Shown here in pieces: positions 13,901-25,540 of a stretch of DNA of 64,000 nt. A model generated the notes under the pieces. The model was not told where the DNA came from and made no database searches. It saw only the letters and a list, made by a program, of their open reading frames with translations. Source of the stretch: Eledone cirrhosa. Lineage: Eukaryota. Position numbers and translations under genes: made by a program. The stretch covers positions 62,744,001 to 62,808,000 of the forward strand of contig OZ024745.1 of assembly GCA_964016885.1 (NCBI GenBank), written 5' to 3'. Numbering within the stretch: the stretch's first letter is position 1; the number at the start of each line of letters is the position of its first letter.

Positions 13901-15938
13901 GCGCACGCAATCTCCGCACCCTCCTCGTCCACAGCTCCCTACCACCCAACCCACGCTCTGTCCCCCCCCCCGGTTCCTTTCCCTGTTCTAGGCCCCGCTG
14001 CAACACCTGTCCCCACATCACCAACACCACCACCTTCACGTGTCCCAACGGCCACTCTCTCTCGGTCCGGCATGCCTTCCGCTGCACCTCCTCCAACCTA
14101 TTCTACGAACTTCGCTTATGTCGGACAGACGGGACGTCGCCTGGCGGACCGAGTCACGGGGCACCTCCGGGATATTCGTCTCGGGGGCAGTTCCCCCATC
14201 GCCCGCCACTTTGGTGTCCCTGGACATTCCGCACGCCATCTCACAGTCTGTGGCCTACTCCAGTGCCACGGAACCCCCGCCAATCGCCTTACGGTCGAAC
14301 AACGAACTATCTTCATCTTACAGACCCAGACTCCCCCCGGCCTGAACTCCCCACCCTTATTCCTTTAGCCTTCGACCGCCCCCCTCCCCCACACTTATCC
14401 CCCACTAACACCACTAACACACCCCTCCTTTTCACCGCCCACCCCACAACTAACAATACTAACACCTCCACTCCACCCCTCATCTGACCACCCTTCCCCA
14501 ACTAACATACTAACATCCCCCCCTCCTTATCACACGCACACACCCACCGGCACATATATACACGCGCTCACACTAAACACACACCCTACTACCACCACTA
14601 ACCCTCACCCCCACACCTCTCACCCCCACACCTCCATCCCACCACCCCGCAACTAACCTCACTAACACCCCCTAACCCCAAGCACACGAACACACGCACC
14701 CACTTACACCACCCACCCCACACACAACTAACATCACTAACACCCCCCACAACCCCAAGCACACGTAGCCACACACCCTCGTACACCACCAACTCTACAC
14801 ACCCTACCACCACTAAGCCCCACTCACACCTGCATTAAACCCCTCCCCACCTCCCGTATACTAACACCCACTAACACCTCTTCATCAAACTACACACACA
14901 CCAGTGCACCACACTCCCTCCATAGAACCACACACACCCTTCTCTCCCCGCTCCACCCACACCCTCGCTCAAAATTCACTCATCCCACTAGCACCCCTAC
15001 TAATACTCACACACACACACCCTCCTCACTCCATCTTTCACACCTACCCACCCTCGCCCCTTTACCATTCCACCGACTGCTGCTATGCCCTCTGACTACC
15101 TCCCAGCACAAACAGACTACAGCACTCCCACTGCTTACCACTTCCTGTTGCGCGCGCACCCCACATCTCTAACTCTTCCGACCATCGCTTCATGGAATAC
15201 CCACACGCAGAAATTGACCAGCCACCAATCCACTATACATCTTCGGAATTTACCAACTTTTCAACCATCCTCTTACGTAATCACCTATATAACTCACCCA
15301 CACACACACCCCCAACAAATGTTTTTTCTCCACACGCCATCTACACCCACAACACGCTTAAACCCCACACACGTGCTTTTCACCACATATCTACACCCTC
15401 AGCCTCCTGATTCCTCTCCCCCTACCCCTCTATCCACACACGCACAGACACTCCGACCCACAAACTCCCCCCCCCCACACACACACCTCTTCCTGAACAT
15501 GCAACCCCGTTCTTCCCCCAACCCTTACTTTCACATACACACACACACACACACCACCTTCAGCCCTCCCCGCTCGGACACCCCGTCTCCCTCTCCCCAC
15601 TCCACCCGCCACCACCCCTACACACCCCACACCCTTCCACCACCTGTTTAACCCCCTTTTAATTTCAGTTTATTTTGATCATGCCTTTATTTTTAAATTT
15701 ATCTCATTCATTGTATTTTGATCATGCTTTATTTTTATTTTTATCTTTATTTTTTATTTTTTCATTCGCACCATTTCCTTTCGCTATATGTCTCTCCACC
15801 ACTCCCCTACACACCCTTTGAACTCTGTTCCCACACACTTCCCTGAGGAAGGGATTATGCCCGAAACGTTGTCCCCACTCTCCAGAGCGTGAAATTAATA
15901 AACATTTGTTGTATTGCCTCTCTGTTTTGTCCCTGTTC

Positions 15939-15940
<2 letters not shown>
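13900..15940 (+). mobile_element. 5'-truncated Neptune-type PLE: Zn finger plus GIY-YIG, long C-rich 3' UTR, HHR
   Basis: PCSRPRCNTCPHI, CTSSNLFY (frameshift), YVGQTGRRL..R..GH, HF..GH, PPGLN. HHR at 15843, AATAAA at 15897, (TA)n on both sides. Confidence 0.88.
15843..15873 (+). ncRNA. Minimal hammerhead motif of Neptune-type PLE
   Basis: CTGAGGA-a ggg attatg ccc-GAAAC-gtt-GTC. Stem I is weak. Confidence 0.65.
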
Positions 15941-15983
<43 letters not shown>

Positions 15984-16038
15984 TTATACACACACACACG
16001 CAAATATATATATATTATATATATATATGTATATATAA

Positions 16039-16089
<51 letters not shown>

Positions 16090-16354
16090 GTATGTGTGTG
16101 TGTGTGTTAGTTACGTGTGAGACAACAGGCTTAAATGTAACACAATCTGGGTTTCTCCCTAAATTAGTTAAATAAACATGATCCTAATTATAGACGATAT
16201 TATCGTTAATTTCCATAATACTCTGTACATGATCTGTAGGGGATTCTACTGCCTCTGCCGAAAGAATTCCAATCATAAATATGTTAAATCTTTAATTAAT
16301 GTCGCACTCATAGGTTGATTCTGTTTAAATTAAAGTTATTTTACCTATATATAT

Positions 16355-16778
16355 ATATAGTATTAATTATACTATTTATGGTTATGCAAATACAAAAACC
16401 TTTTGCAGTTATATATATTTTTATAAACCCTAAACAGTGGTAGGCAGTAATATATTACTACCTTATTACCAGTAATTTAAGTAGCTCAATGTAAAAACAT
16501 CAGATGATTTACAGAGCAGTTATATGAATTATAAGAATCAAAGAACTGTTCAAAACATTTTTATGCTTACAACTGTTGAATGTAATTTCTAAGTGTGTAC
16601 TGCCACACTAAATGCTATAATGAATGTTGACCCACAATATTTGCATATGTATCTGTATGTCTCTCGGGTGATATAAGTGTTCATTCAATAATAAATTGCA
16701 CCGAAGAATCCAAACCTTGGTTTGGAGGAAACAGTTGTAAGCATAAAAATGTTTTCAACAGTTCTTTGATTCTTATAA

Positions 16779-16790
<12 letters not shown>
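16355..16790. mobile_element. Older short fold-back copy of the 16831-21850 Naiad family
   Basis: Tail plus arm 16355-16576 (reverse of ~21634-21850) and opposite arm 16580-16790 with HHR at 16697-16743. More diverged than the large copy. Confidence 0.8.
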
Positions 16791-16838
<48 letters not shown>

Positions 16839-16869
16839 AAGAATCAAAGAACTGTTCAAAACATTATTG

Positions 16870-16916
16870 TGCTTACAGCTGTTTCCTCCAAACCGAGGTT
16901 TGGATTCTTCGGAGCA
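16870..16916 (-). ncRNA. Type I hammerhead with CCGAAGA core variant
   Basis: Reverse complement of 21600-21646. Confidence 0.7.
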
Positions 16917-18380
16917 ATTTATTAATGCATGGTCGGTTATATGACCTCCTTTTCAGCCGAGAGACATACCGATACATATTCAAACATTGATACATATTCA
17001 AACATTGTGGGTCAACTTTCATTACAGAATTTAGAGTGGCAGTACACACTTCGAGATTACATTTATATTAAGAGGTACAATCAAAAATCAAAAATACAGG
17101 TTAAAATACAACATGAAGATAAGCGGTTATATAGTACAAATGTTATATGTGTGGCATACATGTGCGTCTTGTTTATATAGTGTGGCAGAGATATGTTTGG
17201 TAGAGGCACTTAGGTAGGTAAACAAGAGTGTTAGGTTGGTAGATCTGGTGGCAAATTCTTTATATGATTGATATAGTCTGTGTGTGGAGAAATGTTATAA
17301 GCATTAAAAATAGTGCAAGCATTAAAAGTGTTAAAAGTATTGGAGATGCACAGCGAAGGGATGTCAAGAAGTTCATGTACTTCGGCATTTTCATGGTCAG
17401 GGGAGTGTATTTTTCGATTATATGCCCCTCACGTAATCCACGACAATCCGATATTGAGCGTTTGACAATCCAGTTAGAGATCGTAGTCTGGTGTTCTTTA
17501 GTTCAATACAGGAGGCTGTTACGTTTCGAGAAACGCCATTGAATACCACCCGGAAGTGTGTGTGTGGCTAAGGGGAGTTAATGCATGCGGGGAGGTAACT
17601 CCGGGGTTTCTATACCTAGCTATTAAAATGTGTCACAATATAGACCCTAATTTCTATGGTGATGCGCGTCCTCCAAGAAAATTTTTAAGGCATAAAGTGT
17701 ATTAACTATAGAGTAGTTTAATTAAGTTATGCAGAAGGTGATCATATTATTATGGTGGATTAACCCATCGTAAGGTGCCACAAATGGAAATTATAGATGA
17801 TGAGCGAGGATTCTAAATTAATGATCTCTGTGGTTGTAGTCTACTCATAGGACCAGGCGCGGTGATTGCAGGATTGCTTCAGGACCCAATGATCTCTGGT
17901 AAGTATCTGGGTCATCGCTTGCTACATTGGATGTCGAAAGATAATCATCCCCAGGCCGGCCAGAGGTCAATCCGCAGTCCTCGCGACCCCTCTCTGACCG
18001 TCAGATCATCCATATATGTACAACCCGCACGGCAGTTGCAATGCATTCACTCACTGCGCTCATCAGCCTGGTCCTACTGCTCAACAGCGTTACTAGATTA
18101 AATCATTTTTCATCTGTCTAAGGAAGGTGTTTCCTCTGCACAACACTATCCAACCGATCAATTCATGCTCAAATTACCCTTAGACCGGTGTAGTGCCGTT
18201 CAAGTGGGTGGATGTTGTCACACCTGACGTAGAGGTATAAATGGGTATTCTCCCTGCGAAGGGTTCCAGAGGGATGTCGTTGTTTGTGTTATAATAGATC
18301 AGTTAGTGTTGGGTATGTAGTATAAGGTGTGTCTCTGGTGTTTGATGCTAGATGTGGTGTTAGGTTCCAGTCCGACATTG

Positions 18381-19367
18381 CTATATATTGGGCTTAAAGT
18401 TTTGGAAGGAATGTCTGAAGCGGTGCTGGCAAGTTGCAAACACCTCAGATTTTTTGTTAAGTAGGTTACGGTTGGAGAAGATAATATTGTGTGTCTCTAG
18501 TATACAGAGGTTACAAAATTTATTCGGTGGTTTGTACGAGGTCGCGCTGCCTATCACTTCCCATTTGAGTGTGTATGGTTTATTTTTAGTTTTTAGATAG
18601 TGTATGTAGCTAGAAAGTGAGGTGGAGTTTGCTAGGCTGTGCTTTTTGAACGAGTGGATGTGCGAATTATATCTGATTTTGAAGCAGTTAGAAGTGGAGC
18701 CTACATAGGTTTCTGAAGAGTTGTTAGTCGTGACGGTGCATGAGTATATGATATCCTTGGTTAGGCATTTTTTATCTAAAGGGCAGGTTCTATTAGCTCT
18801 ACAGTTACAATTATCCTGTGCGTTAGTCCGCTGGTTATAATGCAGTGCGGAAGTCTGTGTGGTAGCTATAGGATTTTGGGCGTTCGGGTTGACAACCCTG
18901 GTGTTATTACTTATACTAGTGTTATTTCTATTGTTACTGCCGTTGCTATGGTTGCTTGCTACAGTGGTATTTAGAGGGTTTGCATCCCGTTGTGATTTTG
19001 TTTGTTGGAAGTAAGAACTAATTTTACTATTATTGCTGCTAGCTATGTGGTATGCTAAGTTAGGCGTCGTAGAATATGAGATTTTAATGGTGTTTTTGTT
19101 TAAGAGGTTGTGGTACTTGTGTCCTAGAGGGAAGTTTTTATCTAGTAGTGAGAAGAAAGCCCTAGGTATGTTGGTGGAGACATTTAGGTTGAAAGGAGGG
19201 TTGAAGAATGTATTATTTCTTCTTCTATTTTTGCTTTTAGTGTTTGGTGTGTTGCTTCTTCCTAAGGCCCCACAGTAGTTTCCATGGTAATGGTTACTTC
19301 CGATGGCACCCTCCGCTTTGGTGTACTTGTGGTTGCTATTCCTATTATTAGGTTTCCTCATGGACAT
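18381..19367 (-). CDS. Naiad-type PLE RT-EN linker plus GIY-YIG endonuclease (5'-truncated, no RT core)
   Basis: FFNPPF..NV.TNI, NTIKISYS, CNCx5C-PL..C, IIY..YVGST..FK.RY..H, CNLC..E, LLNKKSE..C.H. Open frame. The Met is not a true start. Confidence 0.85.
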   Translation of the reverse strand: MSMRKPNNRNSNHKYTKAEGAIGSNHYHGNYCGALGRSNTPNTKSKNRRRNNTFFNPPFNLNVSTNIPRAFFSLLDKNFPLGHKYHNLLNKNTIKISYSTTPNLAYHIASSNNSKISSYFQQTKSQRDANPLNTTVASNHSNGSNNRNNTSISNNTRVVNPNAQNPIATTQTSALHYNQRTNAQDNCNCRANRTCPLDKKCLTKDIIYSCTVTTNNSSETYVGSTSNCFKIRYNSHIHSFKKHSLANSTSLSSYIHYLKTKNKPYTLKWEVIGSATSYKPPNKFCNLCILETHNIIFSNRNLLNKKSEVFATCQHRFRHSFQNFKPNI

Positions 19368-19383
19368 GTTGTGCGAGGTGATG

Positions 19384-20135
19384 TCCCTCTAGGACACAAG
19401 TACCACAACCTCTTAAACAAAAACACCATTAAAATCTCATACTCTACGACGCCTAACTTAGCATACCACATAGCTAGCAGCAATAATAGTAAAATTAGTT
19501 CTTACTTCCAACAAACAAAATCACAACGGGATGCAAACCCTCTAAATACCACTGTAGCAAGCAACCATAGCAACGGCAGTAACAATAGAAATAACACTAG
19601 TATAAGTAATAACACCAGGGTTGTCAACCCGAACGCCCAAAATCCTATAGCTACCACACAGACTTCTGCACTGCATTATAACCAGCGGACTAACGCACAG
19701 GATAATTGTAACTGTAGAGCTAATAGAACCTGCCCTTTAGATAAAAAATGCCTAACCAAGGATATCATATACTCATGCACCGTCACGACTAACAACTCTT
19801 CAGAAACCTATGTAGGCTCCACTTCTAACTGCTTCAAAATCAGATATAATTCGCACATCCACTCGTTCAAAAAGCACAGCCTAGCAAACTCCACCTCACT
19901 TTCTAGCTACATACACTATCTAAAAACTAAAAATAAACCATACACACTCAAATGGGAAGTGATAGGCAGCGCGACCTCGTACAAACCACCGAATAAATTT
20001 TGTAACCTCTGTATACTAGAGACACACAATATTATCTTCTCCAACCGTAACCTACTTAACAAAAAATCTGAGATGTTTGCAACTTGCCAGCACCGCTTCA
20101 GACATTCCTTCCAAAACTTTAAGCCCAATATATAG
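19384..20135 (+). CDS. Second, shorter copy of the same GIY-YIG ORF
   Basis: Matches the minus copy from PLGHKY onward except V/M near the end. The N-terminus of ORF 19284 is an antisense chimera across the junction. Confidence 0.8.
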
Positions 20136-20419
20136 CAATGTCGGACTGGAACCTAACACCACATCTAGCATCAAACACCAGAGACACACCTTATACTACA
20201 TACCCAACACTAACTGATCTATTATAACACAAACAACGACATCCCTCTGGAACCCTTCGCAGGGAGAATACCCATTTATACCTCTACGTCAGGTGTGACA
20301 ACATCCACCCACTTGAACGGCACTACACCGGTCTAAGGGTAATTTGAGCATGAATTGATCGGTTGGATAGTGTTGTGCAGAGGAAATACCTTCCTTAGAC
20401 AGATGAAAAATGATTTAAT

Positions 20420-20669
20420 CTAGTAACGCTGTTGAGCAGTAGGACCAGGCTGATGAGCGCAGTGAGTGAATGCATTGCAACTGCCGTGCGGGTTGTACAT
20501 ATATGGATGATCTGACGGTCAGAGAGGGGTCGCGAGGACTGCGGATTGACCTCTGGCCGGCCTGGGGATGATTATCTTTCGACATCCAATGTAGCAAGCG
20601 ATGACCCAGATACTTACCAGAGATCATTGGGTCCTGAAGCAATCCTGTAATCACCGCGCCTGGTCCTAT
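20420..20669 (+). other. Putative multibranch RNA structure in Naiad 3' region (mirror at ~17847-18097)
   Basis: Closing stem taggaccaggc/gcctggtccta and several nested stems seen by eye. Confidence 0.45.
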
Positions 20670-21599
20670 GAGTAGACTACAACCACAGAGATCATTAATT
20701 TAGAATCCTCGCTCATCATCTATAATTTCCATTTGTGGCACCTTACGATGGGTTAATCCACCATTATAATATGATCACCTTCTGCATAACTTAATTAAAC
20801 TACTCTATAGTTAATACACTTTATGCCTTAAAAATTTTCTTGGAGGACGCGCATCACCATAGAAATTAGGGTCTATATTGTGACACATTTTAATAGATAG
20901 GTATAGAAACCCCGGAGTTACCTCCCCGCATGCATTAACTCCCCTTAGCCACACACACACTTCCGGGTGGTATTCAATGGCGTTTCTCGAAACGTAACAG
21001 CCTCCTGTATTGAACTAAAGAACACCAGACTACGATCTCTAACTGGATTGTCAAACGCTCAATATCGGATTGTCGTGGATTACGTGAGGGGCATATAATC
21101 GAAAAATACACTCCCCTGACCATGAAAATGCCGAAGTACATGAACTTCTTGACATCCCTTCGTTGTGCATCTCCAATACTTTTAACACTTTTAATGCTTG
21201 CACTATTTTTAATGCTTATAACATTTCTCCACACACAGACTATATCAATCATATAAAGAATTTGTCACCATATCTACCAACCTAACACTCTTGTTTACCT
21301 ACCTAAGTGCCTCTACCAAACATATCTCTGCCACACTATATAAACAAGACGCACATGCGTGCCACACATATAACATTTGTACTATATAACCGCTTATCTT
21401 CATGTTGTATTTTAACCTGTATTTTTGATTTTTGATTGTACCTCTTAATATAAATGTAATCTCGAAGTGTGTACTGCCACTCTAAATTCTGTAATGAAAG
21501 TTGACCCACAATGTTTGAATATGTATCAATGTTTGAATATGTATCGGTATGTCTCTCGGCTGAAAAGGAGGTCATATAACTGTCCATGCATTAATAAAT

Positions 21600-21646
21600 T
21601 GCTCCGAAGAATCCAAACCTCGGTTTGGAGGAAACAGCTGTAAGCA
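21600..21646 (+). ncRNA. Type I hammerhead with CCGAAGA core variant
   Basis: tgct-CCGAAGA-a tccaaacc tc ggtttgga g-GAAA-cagctg-TA-agca. Stems I, II and palindromic III are all paired. Confidence 0.75.
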
Positions 21647-21847
21647 CAATAATGTTTTGAACAGTTCTTTGATTCTTATATTTCATATAACTGCTCTGTA
21701 AATCATCTGATGTTTTTACATTGAGCTACGTAACTTACTGGTAATAAGGTAGTAATACATTACTGCCTACCACTATTTAGGGTGTGTGTAAAGTACTTAT
21801 AACTGCATAAGGTTTTGTATTTACATAACCATAAATAGTATAACTAA

Positions 21848-21899
<52 letters not shown>

Positions 21900-21965
21900 A
21901 ACAAACTGTTTTTAGTCTAGCTTTCGAAACGGCCGGAGCTCAGCCTTCGGGGTCCTGACTCTTTT

Positions 21966-22000
<35 letters not shown>

Positions 22001-22005
<5 letters not shown>

Positions 22006-22119
22006 AGTTAATATAAATTAATAAATTTGATAAACACTAATACCAACATATAAGTGTTTGTATTGTATATATGTTGGTATTAGTGTTTATCAAATATATT
22101 AATTTATATTAACTTGTAT
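22001..22119. repeat. ~50-bp-arm palindrome plus tail between (TA)n tracts (probable PLE end)
   Basis: atacaagttaatataaattaat...attaatttatattaacttgtat. Confidence 0.6.
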
Positions 22120-22197
22120 TACACGGCTCAGAAATACTTCTTTCTTTGAGCTATTTCATTGTAAAGGACTGTTTGAGTTTAGAACTCGTTATTCATA

Positions 22198-22264
<67 letters not shown>

Positions 22265-22665
22265 TATATATTTATATATATATATATATATGTGTGTGTG
22301 TATATATATATTTAACAAAGGAATTGTGGTAAGGAACCAAATAGACCATAACGCACCAGAGTACTCAATACTTAGGGTAGTAGAGTGGCAATAGGAAAAA
22401 GTATGACCCCGACGGCAGAGCTCAAGCTGTTTCGACGGCTATTTCTGGACTAGCCGTCGAAATGGCTTGACCTCTGCCGTCGGGGTCATACTTTATCCTA
22501 TATGTATATATATATTTGTGTAAGCGCAAGGGATATTCAATTTGTTGGTATTTCAACAAATATAAATGTTTATAACTAATTCAGAGCACTCGACAATGTT
22601 TCTGGAGTATAATATCCAATGATATTAAATAAATGGAAACTATATTTATAAAACCATATGTATTC

Positions 22666-22716
22666 TATTATATATATTTCAAGGATACCAAAACTTTGGT
22701 ACGCTCTCATCAGATA
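22666..22716 (-). ncRNA. Minimal type I hammerhead ribozyme motif
   Basis: tat-CTGATGA-gag cgtaccaaa g ttttggtat cctt-GAAA-tatata-TA-ata. Confidence 0.7.
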
Positions 22717-23414
22717 AAATACAAAGTTTGTTTTATAAATATTGACTTAACCAAGAAAAGATACTTAACGGTTCATGGTTTTCTTGGATATTGAAGGAAA
22801 AGAGAAGAACAGTCAGATATTTCAAATTATTAAGATGAGTATGCAAATGAGGTTGAGGTATAGGGCTGAAAAAACGTTATTTTTAGATGCTATGCAGAAT
22901 TTAAATAATTAGGATATATGTATGTATAAGTAGGAAGAAAAAAAAAGAAAGAAGAGCTTGTATTTACGTTAATTTAAAAGGAATTAACAATTTGCGAGAA
23001 TGGTGGAATATGATTCCAGAATTTAAAATTTATTTAGCTATACTATGAGTTATATTATTGTATATATAATCAATTAGATTATATGGAGAATTATGGTTGT
23101 AAGTAGATTTTATCTTATTACATTACAACAGGTTGTAAGTATATAAATATCTATATAGATTAATAATTGTGCAGGTATAAGTATTATAGAAATAGAAATA
23201 AGTTACAATTATTAGTTGTTTACATTTCTCATATGAGTTACGAAGTATGCTGATTCTGCATTTTACATTAAAAAATCGTAGTTCAAGTTGTAAGAGGAGA
23301 AAATTTGTAGATTCAAATATTTTGTTCCAACATGTTTTCAGAATATTGTTACTTTAGCGAAGTTTTATAGTTTATCATACATATTATATTATAATATAAT
23401 ATATGTATGTATGT

Positions 23415-23451
<37 letters not shown>

Positions 23452-23524
23452 CATATATATATATGTATATATATTTATACATATATATAAACATATATAT
23501 ATACATATATCTCTCTCTATATAT

Positions 23525-24076
23525 CTCTAAGGCGTGTAAAATTCCCGAGATCCATGGACGAGTTCTCTCCAGCGGTCTCTGTCCCTCATTATCTCTGCCA
23601 TGTCCTGCGTCTCCAACAGACCAGTGTCTGTCTTAAGGGCATCAACATACGTTAACCTTGGGGTTCCTCCTCTAGTGTGTCCATGTAGGGGCTCCCAAAG
23701 GAGCACTGAGTGCAATGTCACCTCTGGATGTCGGTGAGCATGTCCAGCTAACCTCAGTCTCCTCTGTGTCGCTTTTGAGCTGTATTTGGGAGCAAAGATT
23801 GGGAATACGGAAGATGATGTGGTTGAGAGGAAGAGCAGGGCCTGGGCGGCGTGCCACAGCTTGAGATCGGTGTGGAAGTCGGACCTTCGTAGAGACCTGA
23901 AAATCCGCCTCTTCATTGCTGTAGTGGAGTCTGTGCTGCTGTATGGGTCTGAGACTTGGACACTGACCAAGAAACTCACTCAGATGGTGGATGGGTGCTA
24001 CACGAGAATGTTGAGGATGGCTCTGAACATTAATCAGTATACACTGAGGATGAAAAACTCAGAGCTGTATGGGAGC
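23525..24076 (-). mobile_element. RTE-superfamily LINE fragment with 5' inversion
   Basis: Minus part QRRLRLAGH..LWEP..TYVD..DRDRWR. Inverted part ESVLLYGSETWTLT..NSELYGS. 16-bp TSD ATCTCTCTCTATATAT at 23509-23524 and 24077-24092. Confidence 0.88.
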
Positions 24077-24120
24077 ATCTCTCTCTATATATATACATAT
24101 ATGTATATATATATATACAT

Positions 24121-24191
<71 letters not shown>

Positions 24192-24799
24192 AATAACAGA
24201 TTAAAGTTTAAGCAAAAATCGGTGTTTTCACCCTTAACAGGATATTCTGGAACTTTATTTGCTCTAGGGTTCTTATATATTTGATATATATTGTCCTTGT
24301 CGAGCCCTCTTTGGATTTTAGTCTTCACATTTATTATTATTACTATATATATATATATATATTTGAGTGAAATTTTAGTAAGTAAGTTAATATTTATAAT
24401 TTTCTTATTTTACGTCTTTCATATATATATATATATATATATATACAAAAGAGACAGCACCCGACGGCTGAGCTCCGGCCGTTTCGACAGCTGGATCCGC
24501 GCTCAGCTGCCGGGGTCCTGTCTCTTTTCCACTCTACTACCCTACGTATCGTATATATAGATGATTTTATATATGTGTGTCTCTCTGTATGTATATACCT
24601 GAAAATAGGGGAAATGGATGGTTGAATTACGTTTTATCCCTTAATATTGACAATTGTTTCAACGATCAATATTTACTTCTTGTCATTATACAATCCCATT
24701 GAATTATTTTGACGAAAAGACAAAAGTGTAAGAGAAAACAGAAAAGAATTTAAATTGTAAAATATAGTGTGTAGTTTACAAACTAAAATAGAATTTGAA

Positions 24800-24968
24800 G
24801 CAAGAAATGCCTTTATTGAACGGGACCATATGCATATTCAAAGTCAGCGTAAAGTGGCACAGCTGTAGGTCGTCAAACACTGTTTACTAAGGAAATGTAT
24901 GCCGCTATGTCCCATGCTAGTCCTTCAGTTATCAACACTTTGGTGGACCGTTCTTTCAGATGATGTCC
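24800..24968 (-). pseudogene. Degenerate exon resembling a CTLD N-terminal half
   Basis: EGLAWDIAAYISLVNSV*RPTAV..ADFEYA. The acceptor-like tract ends in GCGG. Contains a stop. Confidence 0.35.
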
Positions 24969-25399
24969 GCAAGAAGAATGGTATATTAACAATTTTACAG
25001 ACGGCTCAATTAATGAACTGAAGCAGTTTTTATAGTTTTTATTGAGCAGCTTCAGACGGGCTGTGTTCTGATCAATTTAACTATTTCAAATATATTTTTG
25101 GAGAAATTCCCGCATCAGTTAAGTTTGGTAATATACAAGAATGAATTCTCAACACCACTTTATTTGTATAGACCACCAAAAATGAACTCACACCTCATTG
25201 TCCAAGCCAGTCACCACTAAACCCAATACTTAATTAAATTAGCCTTATTCCCTTCCCAGAAAATAATATAAATTGCTGGTCTTCGGAATCCTCCTCTAGT
25301 TTAAAAAAATATATATATATTGCCCCATAAAAGGATCGACTCGTGGAGTAAAACAGCATTTCTTCTACTACTATTAAAACAACTATTACTCATGATTTC

Positions 25400-25540
25400 T
25401 GATTTTGACACAAGGCGGACACTATTAATGGAGGGAAACGTCCATTACACCGACCTCAGTACGTTATTGGTACTTTATTTTATCGACCCCGTAAGGGTGA
25501 AAGGCAAAGCTCACCTCGGCGGGATGTGATCTCAGAACGT
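25400..25540 (-). mobile_element. Diverged octopus-type SINE
   Basis: ggtactttattttatcgaccccgtaagggtgaaaggcaaag body. Confidence 0.75.

Larger units (their letters stand above)
16831..21850. mobile_element. Young Naiad-type PLE in head-to-head inverted arrangement (~5 kb palindrome)
   Basis: Arms 16831-19132 and 19384-21688 are near-identical reverse complements, with a 251-bp spacer, a tail at 21690-21850 and (TA)n at both ends. Confidence 0.93.

Noticed and set aside
17847-18097. 7SL/Alu-like words (ccaggcgcggtg, cactgc..cagcctgg)
   Set aside because: No Alu-domain TGTA motif or helix 8 motif. The matches are short and probably chance.
20600-20640. SECIS-like or C/D-box reading of atgacccag..ctga
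   Set aside because: GA quartet and AA loop are not positioned correctly, and the adjacent ORF has no in-frame TGA
16929-21587. Paired 79-92 aa ORFs in the palindrome arms
   Set aside because: Antisense to the element, no recognisable motifs, and identical only because of the inverted repeat
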